A stretch of 64,000 nt of DNA from Sphyrna mokarran (lineage: Eukaryota), in assembly GCA_024679065.1 (NCBI GenBank), contig JAGIQG010000013.1:19158001-19222000 (forward strand), written 5' to 3'. Below, one piece after another: positions 38,212-50,479 of the stretch. The notes beneath the pieces are model-generated. The model saw nothing but the letters and a program-made list of their open reading frames with translations, did not search any database and was not told the origin of the DNA. The position numbers were made by a program, and so were the translations under genes. The first letter of the stretch is position 1, and the number at the start of each line of letters is the position of its first letter.

Positions 38212-41200
38212 AATTCTCAGACCATTGGGAAGTCTTCATGAGGGAGGGGCATCTATACAAGAGGGACGGGGAACAGTTGTCTGGGAAGGGCATCCATATT
38301 TTAGCTGGAAGGTTAGCTGGAGTGTTCTGGCAGGGTTTAAACTAATATGGAGGGGGGGGGGGGAGACAGGGGGAATTAGGAGTGGGAGAGAGATGGGAGA
38401 CAGGGTAAGTCCAGATGGCAGGAAGGAGGGTCAGAGAGGGCCTGAGGGTCTTCAGTGCATGTGTTTTAACGCAAGGAGTGTGACTGGCAAAACAGATGAA
38501 CTGAAAGCAATAATGTTCACAAGGAAGCTAGAAGTGGTGGCAATGACTGAGACATGGTTAAAGGAGGGGCAATTGAATATCCCAGGGTATAAGTGTTTTA
38601 GGCATGATAGAGGTGGTTTGAAGAGAGGAGGGGGAGTGGCGTTATTAGTTAAGGATCACATCATAGCAGTGCAGAGGGAGAGTGGTATGGATGATTTAGG
38701 AATTGAGTCGCTATGGGTGGAGTTGAGGAATAGGAAGGGAGAGGTTACTATGTTAGGTGTGTTCTACAGACCGCCCAACAGTCCGCGTGCTGTGGAAGAA
38801 GGGATATGTAAGGAAATTTTAGATAGGTGTAGGAAGAATAGGGTAGTTGTAATGGGAGATTTCAATTTCCCTGGGGTAGATTGGAAGGTGCCGAGAGCGG
38901 AAGGTGCAGACGGGGAGGAATTTGTACAGTGTGTTTTAGAAAGGTCCTTGGAGCAGTATGTGGATAGCCCGACTAGAGAGGGGGCTATACTGGATTTGTA
39001 CAGTGTGTTTTAGAAAGGTCCTTGGAGCAGTATGTGGATAGCCCGACTAGAGAGGGGGCTATACTGGATCTGGTTCTGGGGAATGAGCCAGGGCAGGTGG
39101 TTGACGTTGTAGTAGGAGAGCATGTGTCTAATAGTGACCACAACTCTGTCTGCTTTAGGGTATTAATGGAAAAAGATGAAGCCTGCCCTAAGGGGAGGGT
39201 GTTAAACTGGGGGAAGGCTAGATATAGCCAGATTAGGCAGGATATTAGGGATACCGACTGGGATAAGCTGTTCGAGGGTAGGTTGACGCAGTACATGTGT
39301 GAGTCTTTCAAGGGAAAACTAAAATCTTTGCAGAAAACACATGTGCCGGTAAGGAGGAAGGATGGGAAAGGTAGGATTAGAGAACTGTGGGTTACTAGGG
39401 ATATCGAGGACTTGGTCAGGAAGAAGCGGGAGGCGTACATTAGATCTAGGCAACTGGGGACAGAGATAGCACTGGAAGAATATAGAGAGTGTAGACGGGA
39501 TCTTAAAAGGGGTGTCAGAAAGGCAAAAAGGGGCCACGAGATGGCTTTGGCATGTAGGATTAAGGAAAATCCTAAGGCATTTTACTCCTATGTAAGGAGC
39601 AAAAGGATGTTTAGAGGGAAGATTGGACCTCTCAGGGACAGAGGAGGGGAACTATTCTTAGAGCCTGAGGGAATGGGGGAGATCTTGAATGAATACTTTG
39701 CGTCAGTATTCACGCAGGAGAGGGGCCTGATGTCGGGTGCCGGCTTTGAGGAATTTGAGGACCCGTTAAAGGAAATATCCATTATGAGGGAAGATGTGTT
39801 GGGGCTTTTAGGCAGCATAAAGCCTTATAAAGCTCCGGGGCCTGATGGCATTTACCCCTGACTGCTAAGGGAGGTGAGAGATGACATTGCTGATCCTCTG
39901 ACGCAAATCTTTGTCTCTTCTTTGGACACAGGTGAGGTCCCAGAGGATTGGAGGATAGCAAATGTAGTACCGTTGTTTAAAAAGGGTCAGAGGGATAACC
40001 CAGGGAACTATAGGCCGGTGAGCTTGACTTCAGTTATAGGTAAGCTAATGGAGAGGATCCTCAGGGACAGGATGTATGAGCATCTGGAGCGCTGCGATCT
40101 GATCAGGGATACGCAGCATGGCTTCGTTAAGGGGAGGTCGTGCCTTACGAATCTAGTGGAATTTTTTGAAGAGGTGACAAAAACGGTTGATGAAGGACAA
40201 GCCGTTGATGTCGTCTACATGGATTTCAGTAAGGCGTTTGACAAGGTTCCTCATGGTAGGCTGATAGAAAAGGTGAAGGCGCATGGGATACAGGGCCAGG
40301 TATGTAGATGGGTTGAGAACTGGCTTGGGAGGAGGAGACAGCAGGTAGTAGTGGAAGGCTCTTTTCCAACTGGAGGTGTGTCACTAGTGGTGTGCCACAG
40401 GGCTCTACTAGGACCTCTTCTATTTGTGGTTTATATAAATGACTTGGAAGAGGGGGTAGGTGGTGTGATCAGCAAATTTGCTGATGATACTAAGATGCTG
40501 GGATTGGCTGGAACTGAGAAGCAGTGCCAGGTAATACAATAGGACATAGATAGGCTGGTAGATTGGGCAGATAGATGGCAAATGGAATTTAATCCGGATA
40601 AATGCGAGGTGATACATTTTGGCTGGAAAAATGTAGCGGAGAGTTATAGGATAAAAGGTAAAACTATCTGGAGTATAGAGATGCAGAGAGACCTGGGGGT
40701 GCAGGTTCACAAGTCTCTAAAAGTGTCAGTACAGGTGGAGAATGTGATAAAGAAAGCGTATGGTATGTTAGCCTTCATAGGAAGAGGTATAGAATACAAG
40801 AGTAGGAGTCTAATGTTGCAAGTGTATAGAACGTTGGTTAGGCCTCACTTAGAGTACTGCGTCCAGTTCTGGTCGCCTTACTACTGGAAGGATGTGGAGG
40901 CCCTGGAGAGAGTGCAGAGGAGATTTACCAGGATGCTGCCTGGTATGGAAAAGCTGTCTTACGAGGAAAGATTGAATGCACTGGGGTTGTTTTCCCTTGA
41001 AAGATGTTGGCTGAGAGGGGATCTATTAGAGGTATATAAGATTATGAGGGGTATAGATAGAGTAAATGGTGGTAAGCTTTTTCCACCACTACAAAAGGAT
41101 AGAACGAGGGGTCACGGCCTTAGAGTGAGGGGGGCTATGTATAAGACGAATATTAGAGGGTAGTTTTTCACCCAAAGGGTAGTGGGGGTGTGGAATGCAC

Positions 41201-41330
41201 TGCCGAGTAAGGTGGTGGGAGCAGGCACGCTAGGGTTGTTTAAGGGTCTCTTGGACAGCCACATGAGCTTTCTGCAGATAGAGGGATATAGGAGGACTGT
41301 TTAAATATCCTATTTGTTTCCACAGGATGT
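38212..41330 (+). mobile_element. CR1 LINE: ORF1 3' end plus near-complete ORF2 (APE endonuclease + RT), disrupted
   Basis: FNARS, TETW, YRPP, GDFN, LDLV, SDH (endonuclease). KAPGPDG, QHGF, DFSKAFD, FADD (RT). Contains a 74-bp tandem duplication and stop codons. Confidence 0.95.
38920..39067 (+). repeat. Perfect 74-bp tandem duplication that frameshifts CR1 ORF2
   Basis: 38920-38993 equals 38994-39067. The paralog at ~63349-63422 has a single copy. Confidence 0.9.
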
Positions 41331-42451
41331 TCGGTCCACCTTGTTGACCAACAAGGGCATGCATGCGGCAGGTCGTGCGAGAGCTGCTCTTGGATGTTGC
41401 TTCAGGAGTGGCCTAGTGCTTCACGTCGTTAGTGTATGCTTAAACTGGACCATCTGATGGGCAACATGACAGCTCAGAGACCATCGCTGTTGCTGTGCAG
41501 ACACATGGATTTGGGCCTGTGTCTGCGGGAGTTTGCGCGTTCTCCCCGTGGTTGCGTGGGTTTTCTCCGGGTGCTCCAGTTTCCTCCCACATCCCAAAAA
41601 TGTGCTTTTAGGCTGATTGGGTAACAAATTGGTCCCTATATGTCATTAAGATGTTAGGATGGCAGCGCGGGCTCGTTGGGCCGAAGGGCCTGTTTCCAGT
41701 GCTGTGTTGTTCTTTGTTCTTTGTATATCCTCCATTGAATCAGAGTTGATTTACCGGCTTAATGGCTTTGGGAGAATGAGGGATATACTCGATCATGAGT
41801 TACAGATTGTGGTTGAATACAATTCTGCTGCTGCTAATGGCTCACAATGTCTCAGAATACCCAATTTCTGAGTTGCTGGACCTGTTCTGAATCTATCCCA
41901 TTCACCAATGGCAGTGCTACACCATGTAATGGAGTCCTCAATCTGAAGGTGGGACTTGTCCAAGTAATGGTCTCTGCTACCAATACTTTCATGGATAAAC
42001 ACACCTGAGACAGGTGGATGAATGAGGACAAAGGCAAGTTAGTAATTCCCTTTCATTAATTTACTTACCATCTGCTACAGGCCCAGTCTGCGGAAATGCC
42101 CTTCAGGAATCTCCTGGTATGGTTAGTCATGCTGCTACCAAGCCACTTATTGGTGGTGAAAATTGATGTTTCTCCGCTCAGAGTACATTCTTTCATAGAA
42201 TCCCTATAGTACAAAAAAAGGCCATTTGGCCCATCGAGTCTGCGCCGACCACAATCCCACCCAGGCCCTATTCCCGTAATCCCACATATTTACCCAGCTA
42301 ATCCCTCTGATACTAGGGTCAATTTATCATGGCCAATCTGCCTAATCTTTGGAGTGTAAGAGGAAACCAGAGCACCTGGAGGAAACCCACACAGAAATGG
42401 GGAGAACTTGCAAATGCTGCACAGACAGTGACCAGAGGTTGGAATTGAACG

Positions 42452-44248
42452 ATATGTTAAGAATAGAAGATTGGTTAGGGCAAGATTAGGGCCAGTCATA
42501 GATAGCAGTGGGAAGTTGTGCGTGGAGCCTGAAGAGATTGGCGAGGCACTGAATAAATATTTCTCTTCCGTATTCACGCAGAGTGCTGGAAATGTAGCTG
42601 TGGAGAGCACTGAGGTACAGGGTTGCAAATTGGGAGTATTGTAGTAGATAGGGAGGATGTGTTAGAAATTCTCGAGGGTTTGAAGTTGGATAAGTCCCCT
42701 GGGCCGGACGGGATTTAACCTAGGATTCTCTGGGAGGCAAGAGTGGAGATTGCAGAGCCTCTGGCTCTGATCTTCAGGTCCTCGTTGGTTACGGGTGTGG
42801 TTCCGGAGGACTGGAGGATAGCGAATGTGGTCCCATTGTTTCAGAAGGGGAAGAGAGACCTTCCAGGGAATTATAGGCCAGTGAGTCTTACTTCTGTTGT
42901 GGGCAAAGTATTGGAGAGAATTATTAGGATAGGATTTATAGTTATTTAGAGAGAAATGAATTGATTGGGGATAGTCAGCATGGTTTCGTGAAGGGTAGGT
43001 CATGCCTTACTACCTCATTGAGTTTTTTGAGAAAGTGACCAGAGAGGTGGATGGGGGTAAGGCGGTTGATGTAGTATATATGGACTTTAGTAAGGCTTTT
43101 GATAAGGTGGCCCATGGAAGACTTCTACAGAAAATGCAGATGTGTGTAATAGAGGGTGATTTAGCTAATTGGATTAGAAATTGGCTGGCAGATAGAAGAC
43201 AGAGGGTGGTGGTTGATGGGAGATTTTCTTCGTGGAGTTCGGTGACGAGTGGTGTGCCTCAGGGGTCTGTTTTGGGGCCCATGCTGTTTGTAATTTTTAT
43301 AAATGATCTGGATGAGGGTATTGAGGGATGGATCAGTAAATTTGCAGATGATACTAAAGTTGGTGGTGTGGTAGATAGTGAAGAGGGGTTTTTTAGTTTA
43401 CAGAGTGACTTGGACAAGTTGCAGAGCTGGGCCGAGAGGTGGCAAATGGAGTTTAATGTGGAAAAGTGTGAGGTAATGCACTTTGGCAGGAACAATAAAT
43501 GTGTAGAGTAAAGGGCTAATGGTAGGGCTCTTAATAGTGTTGAGGAACAGAAGGATCTTGGTGTATGTGTCAATAGATCCCTGAAAGTAGGCAGTCAAGT
43601 GGATAAAGTTGTTAAGAAGGCTTATGGAGTCTTAGCTTTTATTGGTAGGGGGATTGAATTTAGGAGCCGCAGCATCATGTTGCAGCTGTACCAAACTCTA
43701 GTGCGGCCGCACTTGGAGTATTGTGTGCAGTTCTGGTCGCCACATTATAAGAAAGATGTGGAGGCATTGGAGAGGGTACAGAGGAGGTTTACTAGGATGT
43801 TGCCTGGTATGGGGGGCAGGTCCTATGAAGAGAGGTTGAAGGATTTGAGGCTGTTTTCGTTAGGAAGGAGGCGGCTAAGGGGGGATCTTATTGAAACATA
43901 TAAGATAATTAGAGGTTTGGATAGGGTGGACAGTGATAGCCTTTTTCCTATGATGGAAAAAGCTAGCACGAGAGGACACAACTTTAAATTAAGGGGTATG
44001 AGTTATAGGACGGATATCAGAGGTAGGTTCTTTACTCAAAGAGTGATTAGGGAGTGGAATGCCCTGCCTGCAGCTGTTGTGGATGCGCCAAGTTTGGTGG
44101 CGTATAAGAGGTTAGTTGATAAGTATATGGATGAGAAGGGAATGGTTTAGTTAGGAGGGGCATTGCTTTTTATTTTGGTCGGCACAACATCGAGGGCCGA
44201 AGGGCCTGTTCTGTGCTGTATTGTTCTATGTTCTATGTTCTATGTTCT
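42452..44248 (+). mobile_element. Young CR1 LINE inserted into a SINE
   Basis: RT motifs and (GTTCTAT)n tail. The host SINE halves lie at 42195-42451 and 44249-44290. Confidence 0.95.
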
Positions 44249-44303
44249 AACCCGGGTCCCTATGAGATAACAGTGCTAATCACTGTGTCACCCCACAAAA
44301 ATG

Positions 44304-44375
44304 GGGCTTATTGATGATTTGAACCTGGGACTTCTCACATCCTAAGCAAGAATCATACCCCCAGACCAATGAACC
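44304..44375 (-). pseudogene. tRNA-Pro(AGG) pseudogene
   Basis: GGTTCATTGGTCTGGGGGTATGATTCTTGCTTAGGATGTGAGAAGTCCCAGGTTCAAATCATCAATAAGCCC is 72 nt and colinear with vertebrate tRNA-Pro (about 80% identical). The 3' side of the T-stem is broken. A T5 run follows. Confidence 0.85.
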
Positions 44376-45394
44376 AGACAAAGACCAACGGGCCAGCTTA
44401 TGTCCTTGCTACCCTCAGTGCTTTTTCCAAGATATGTACAATGTGGAGGAGAAGGGATTCCTCATCTAAGGGAGAGTGTTGGGTGATAATCAGCAGGAAT
44501 TTGTCCATGTTTGACCTGATGTCAGGAGAATTCACTGGGTTTTATAATGTTAATTGGTTTGAGGCAGGGGCACCCACATGGAAAGAAAAACTCTGCCTCA
44601 GAATTCTGCAGGCAATCAAATGGCCAGCAGCTCTCTTAACTCAATAACACCACTGGAGCTGGTGGCCATTGCTGGGACTGCAGCCAATTACCAAAGAAGT
44701 GGAACCATGGAATCAGGATGAAGGTAAGTCCAAGATGGCATCCCCTGTAAAGGGGATGGGATTTGGGATATAAAAGGCAAGTGGGAAAGGGAATTGCAGT
44801 GGGGGTGGGGTACAGGCGAGGGGGAAAATCTTAGAGAGACCTGCCTGTAATAACTGGGTGCAACCCTCTAGTGCAACCAGTATGTTTTGCCTGGGTGCTT
44901 GGAGTCAGGATATAGCCTGCCCTGCCATGGTAAATAAAATATCTGTGGGGGTGGGTAGACATTGGGCGTGGCACTGCTGTTTGACACTCGGTTTTTCAAC
45001 CACTCTATCTGCCACAGCAACCTGGGGAAGAATATAAAATGGCTGATGAGTTTATTCTGATTCTGGATAGCACTTTAGCAGAGAAGTACACATTTATCCT
45101 CATAAAATGTCAACTTATTTTGAAGGTCAGTCAATGTCTCTTTGCTGGATATCTTTCTCCACAGTTTTCATGAGCAAATATCACATGTACTACAAGAACA
45201 ACAGCAACCTAACTATATTGGTAAACAGTCAGTTTGAACACGGCCACAGAGAAATTAAATGAATAAAAACAGCTTTACTTGTTCACTTCAACCCTCATTT
45301 GGTCATCACATATAGAAAATATACCAGTGTTAAATGAAGCTTGTGAGGTAAAGTGAAGTTCGAGCAAAGAAAGCTTCATCTGTTTTACTTTACT

Positions 45395-48060
45395 TATAAG
45401 ACCATAAGAAATAGGAACAGGAGTAGGCCATTCATCCTCTTAAGCCTGCTCCATTATTTAATAAGATCATGGCTGATTTAACCCTTACTTAGTCCACTTT
45501 CCTGCTTTCTCTCCATACTCCTACTGATTAAAAACCTACTGATTTCAGCCTTGAAAATGTTCAAGGACTTGGTTTCCACAGTTTCCTGGACAAAGAATCC
45601 CAAAGATTTACCATGCATTGAGAGCAGAAATTCTTCCTCAAATCTGACTGAAATGAGCATTTCCTTATTCTGCGACTATGACTTCTGACTCTACATTCTC
45701 CCATGAGCAGAAACATCCTCCCAACATCTACCCAGTCTAACCCCCTAAGAATCTAATATCTTTATGCGCCTCCAATGATAATATATCTTTCCTTAAATAA
45801 GAGGACTAAAACTATACTAATATTTTACATGTGGCCTCACTATTGCCTTGGACAATTGCAGCAACACCTTTTTATTTTTATATTCCAGCCCCCATGAAAT
45901 AAAGCATTCCACAAAGCTTCCCTATTATTTTCTGCACCTGCATGGTGGCTTTCTGGGTTTCACATACAAGGATCCCCAAGTCCCTTGTGCTACTGCTTTC
46001 TGCAGTCTCTCTCCATTTAAATTATAATCCACCTTCTCATTCCTTCTTCCAACATGAATGATCTATCATTTTCCCACATTGAATTCAGTTTGCCAAATTC
46101 CTGCCCATTCATTTAACCTGTCGATCTCGCTCTGCAAAATATTTATACCATCCTTACAACGTGCCTTCCCTCACTTCCTTGTATCATCCACAAACCTGGC
46201 CACAATACACTCTGTTTCTTTCTCCAAATCAGTAACATAAAGAACAAACAACGAACAAAGAACAGTACAGCCACAGGAACAAGTATTTAGGTCCCCCAAG
46301 CCTGCATCGATCACATTTATCTGTCTAAACCAACCACTTGTATTCCTCTATGCCTCGATTATTTATATGCCTATCAAGACAAGTTTTAAATGTGACTAAT
46401 GTAATTGCCTCAACCACCTCACTTGTCAGTGCATTCTGAGCACCCTCTATGTAAAAACTTCCCCCACACATCTTCTCTGAACCTTTCCCCCTTATCTCGA
46501 AGTTGTGCCCCCTTGTAATTGTCATTTCTGCTCTTCCAATAGTTCTCCCTATCTATACCTCTCATAATTTTATAAATATCTATCAGGTCACCCGCAGCCT
46601 GCTTCCTTACAAGGAAAACAATCCCAGTTTATTCAATCTCTCCTCATAGCTAATACCCTCCATACCAGGCAACATCCTGGTAAGTTTTTTCTGCACTCTC
46701 TCCAAAGCTTCCACATCCTTCTAGAGGTGTGATGACCAGAATTGGAACAGTGAGTCTGACTTTATTATTGGGTTGCACCCGTTTTCAGGCACAAAAATTT
46801 CATAAAGTTGGGAGTGAAGGGAATTGTGTGATCCGCGCCCATGTCCACGTAGATTCCCACTTTACCAAGGCCCGAAAATAGCCACCTTGGTACCCATGTT
46901 TGAAACAGGCACGATGTCAATTTAAATATATTTGCATGCATTTAAATTGATTTACTGAGCTGGATGCCCAAACTTACCAGCATTTCCCCCTTTACCATTG
47001 TGTTTCCCCATCCAGATTTGGTACGAACCAGATACTCCAGCTTTTGAAGTGGTAAGTTCAGAACTCCTGGTAGCTCTCTAAATCATATCGAGGGGTTTGG
47101 GTGAAGGGGAGGTGTGCCAGATTATTCTCTAGTGCGGGGGAGGAAGGAGGAGGCAGTCAGGTGTATCTCTGGTGGGGTGAGTGGGGGGGCAGGGGAAGGA
47201 GGCCCAATTAGTGTCTAGTGGGGGAGGAGGAAAGGCCAGATCGTTCTCTAGTCGGGGGGGGGGGGGGAGGTGTGATTGAGGACAGATTGCCCTTTGGTGA
47301 TTGGGCGGATGGAGAGGAGAGAGGCCAGATGGTGCGGGGGGCAGTGGTGGACGGGGCCTGATGCCACTCTGTGGGCGATAAGTGGGGGCGGTAGGGGGAA
47401 ACCACTGCCAATCTGCAGGTGATCAGTGGACAGGAAGAGGGTAGGGGGGGACGAGATCAGTCTGGATTGTGGGGTGTGCATAAAGGGGATTGTTATGTTG
47501 TGGGGTGGGGTGAGGTCTTTATCCACTTTTGCAGCCTGAGGGCAATATGATAGGGAGACAAAAACTTTACACAGAATTCTAAATATGACTTCAAATTCAA
47601 ATTAGAATCAAATTAGATTCCAGTCACCTTGAAATAAAAGCCAGCTTTTCATTAGCCTTCCTAATAACTTGCTGCACTTGTGTGCTAGCTTTCTGGGTTT
47701 CATGAACACAAACCCCAAGTCCCTTTGTGCAACCACTTTCTGCAGTCTCTCTCCATTGAAATAATAATCTACTTTCTCATTCCTTCTTCCAAAATGAACA
47801 ATCTCACATTTTCCCACATTGAATTCAATTTGCCAAATCCCTGCCCGTTTAATTAACCTGTTGATCTCGCTTTGTAAACTAATTATATCCGCCTTACAAT
47901 TCACCTGCCCTCATGCCTTTGTACCATCTGCAAACTTGGCCACAGTGCATTCTGCTCCTTTTTCCAAATCATTAATATATTTTGTGAAGAGTTGTCCCAG
48001 CACTGACTCCTGTGAGACTCCACTGGTTACTGCCCTTCAACTTGAGAAAAGTCCCCTTGT
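45395..48060 (-). mobile_element. Nested CR1 fragments plus a MITE-like element, a duplicate of the 26100-28265 composite
   Basis: Same repeat order and junction sequences as 26100-28265. Confidence 0.8.
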
Positions 48061-50479
48061 CAATCACAAGCAAATTCAAAGTTACACTGGCGGTTTCTCC
48101 TGCTAAAAGAGCAAACATGAAGCAAACGGTCTTGAAACTTCATTACACATATTTGGCAAGGCCAGTTTGTTAACATTTTTGTTGCATACATCCTTTGTAT
48201 TTTCACAAGTAGACAGGAAACCTGCAGCAACTCTTAAAATGCTACAGCACGGTTCTTCTCTCATACAGTCTACGTTCAACTGTGACAGCTTTGCACAAAT
48301 ACCAGGTCCCAAAACTGCTGCCCCAACTCCAGATATGCCTCAGTAAAAAAAGCTACCGAGAAAGTTAGAGAAGTGAGAAAAGTAAAATTTTCATTTATTA
48401 GTCACAAGTAAGGCTTACCTTAACACTGCAGCGAAGTTATTGTGAAATTCCCCTTGTTACCACTTGTTCAGGTCATTGCATCTAACCAGCATGTTTCGGG
48501 AATGTGGGAGGAAACCCACACAGACATGGAGGAGAACATGCAAACTTCACACAGATAGTGACCCAAGCGGGGAATCAAATCTATGTCCCTGGTGCTATGA
48601 AGTGGCAGTGCTAACCACTGTGCCATTGTACTGTCCCATAGCTTTCTAAAGAAAGCAATGCCTTTTCTAAATATGTCAACTCCAAACATGAAATCATGAC
48701 AATTGATGCTTTTACGTTTGGAACATAAAAGAGCAGGTCCTGGGTTAACATGTTTCCACTGTGTTAAAAAGGTATATGTGAGGAAATGACAAAAAATAAT
48801 ATATTTGCACATTCATTTAAATAGCTTGAAAACTATTGATTTTAAAGGTGGCTTGTGTTTTATTCATGATCCCATCCCATTCAGAGCTGTGCAAATAACC
48901 ATTACACATCAAGGTTACATTTTGCCACATCAAAATTTCTGCATTAGGATTGTATTTGCCAAGCTCAGATCTGAGCTCTTCCTGTCTTGATTTCCTACCT
49001 TCCCAACAGTGTCAACTCAATAAATGAAGAACTCCTCAATGAGGAAGAATGAAAAATGAAAGAAATATAAAGCAGACGTGGAAAGCCCATAACCAATGTA
49101 GCAGCAAAAAAACAAACAATGCAAAGAAATCACTTCCAACTTGTTTTGAAAATCCTCTGAACAACCTTTTTTTTTAGTAACTGAGGAAGTAGACCAATAA
49201 AAAAATGCACAATTCACCTCAGAACAATTAGACTTATTTATTTTTATTTGGAGAGGTGGTAGGACAGTGGTACTATCATTGGACTAGGAATCCAGAGACC
49301 CAGTATAATGATGCCACCATGGCAGATAGTGAAATTTGAATGCAATGAAAAACTGAAATTAAACATGTAAAGGTGACCATGAAAGCACTGTTGTTAAAAC
49401 CCATCTGGTTTCACATAATGTCCTTTGGAGAAGGAATTCACCTGGTCTGGCAAACATGTGACCATGACGGTGTGGTGGATTCCCTCAATTCAAGGGATGG
49501 GCAACAAATACTGACGCTGCCAGCGATGCCCACATCTCATAAATGAATTAAAATAAAACCTACAATTTGAAATCTCCTAAAAATGTTTCATCAAGGAAAC
49601 ACCGCTTGAACTTACGTTATTTGGTTAGAGTTGAAATGTTCATTTTCTATTTCCCTCTTCCCTCTCACTACCTTATCTCTCCCTGTGTTTGGAATTGTTA
49701 CTAAGTATGTGAGACTGTCTAAACTCTGGGATGTCAATACTTTCAGTGCATAGAATCTAAACTGCTACCAGTATTAGCACCAGGATGTATTCACAAGAAG
49801 ATACCACATCTGATGTTACTTGGAATGAAGTCTTCCTGAGACTCAATTATTTATTTGCAAAAATGCCTCGGTTGACCAGATACAAAATAAAGCTTGGTAG
49901 AATAGATCTAAACATAGTTATGAAGTCTCACAACAGTGAGTATCCAACAAATTTACTCGGAATCACGAGCTTTCAGAGCGCTTCATCAGGTGAGTGGAGA
50001 GAATGATGAAGAACTTTAATCTGGTGTTCTGAGTCTTCTTACAGTGCCCACCCCAGTATACATACTGTTCAAATGATGTTCATTATAGTATGGCATGGAC
50101 TATAATTGAGAAATTTTTTTCCAAACTATATATTTTTCTTTTATTATCGATTTGTGCTGAGCTGCTAGGAAGAGAGAATGGTTGCTCACAGATTTCAGTA
50201 CAGTGGCATCCATTGCCACCAGAGAGTTGAAAAGAAACGAATACGTTCAAAATTTGTGTAGGAAATCAATCAATGTCACAGCCATCCTTAAGGGAGCCCA
50301 ATGCAGCGAGGGACCAATCAATGCTCTTTCATCAATGTTACAACTGGTACCATGGAAATCCTATGTACCATTTGCACAATGCACAATCAATCGCTGCTGG
50401 GTTGGAAGGACCCGGAGATCAATTGGGCAGAATAGAGAAAGCAAGCTTCGCCAACTTGGAGAGAACACAGAATCTCAAA

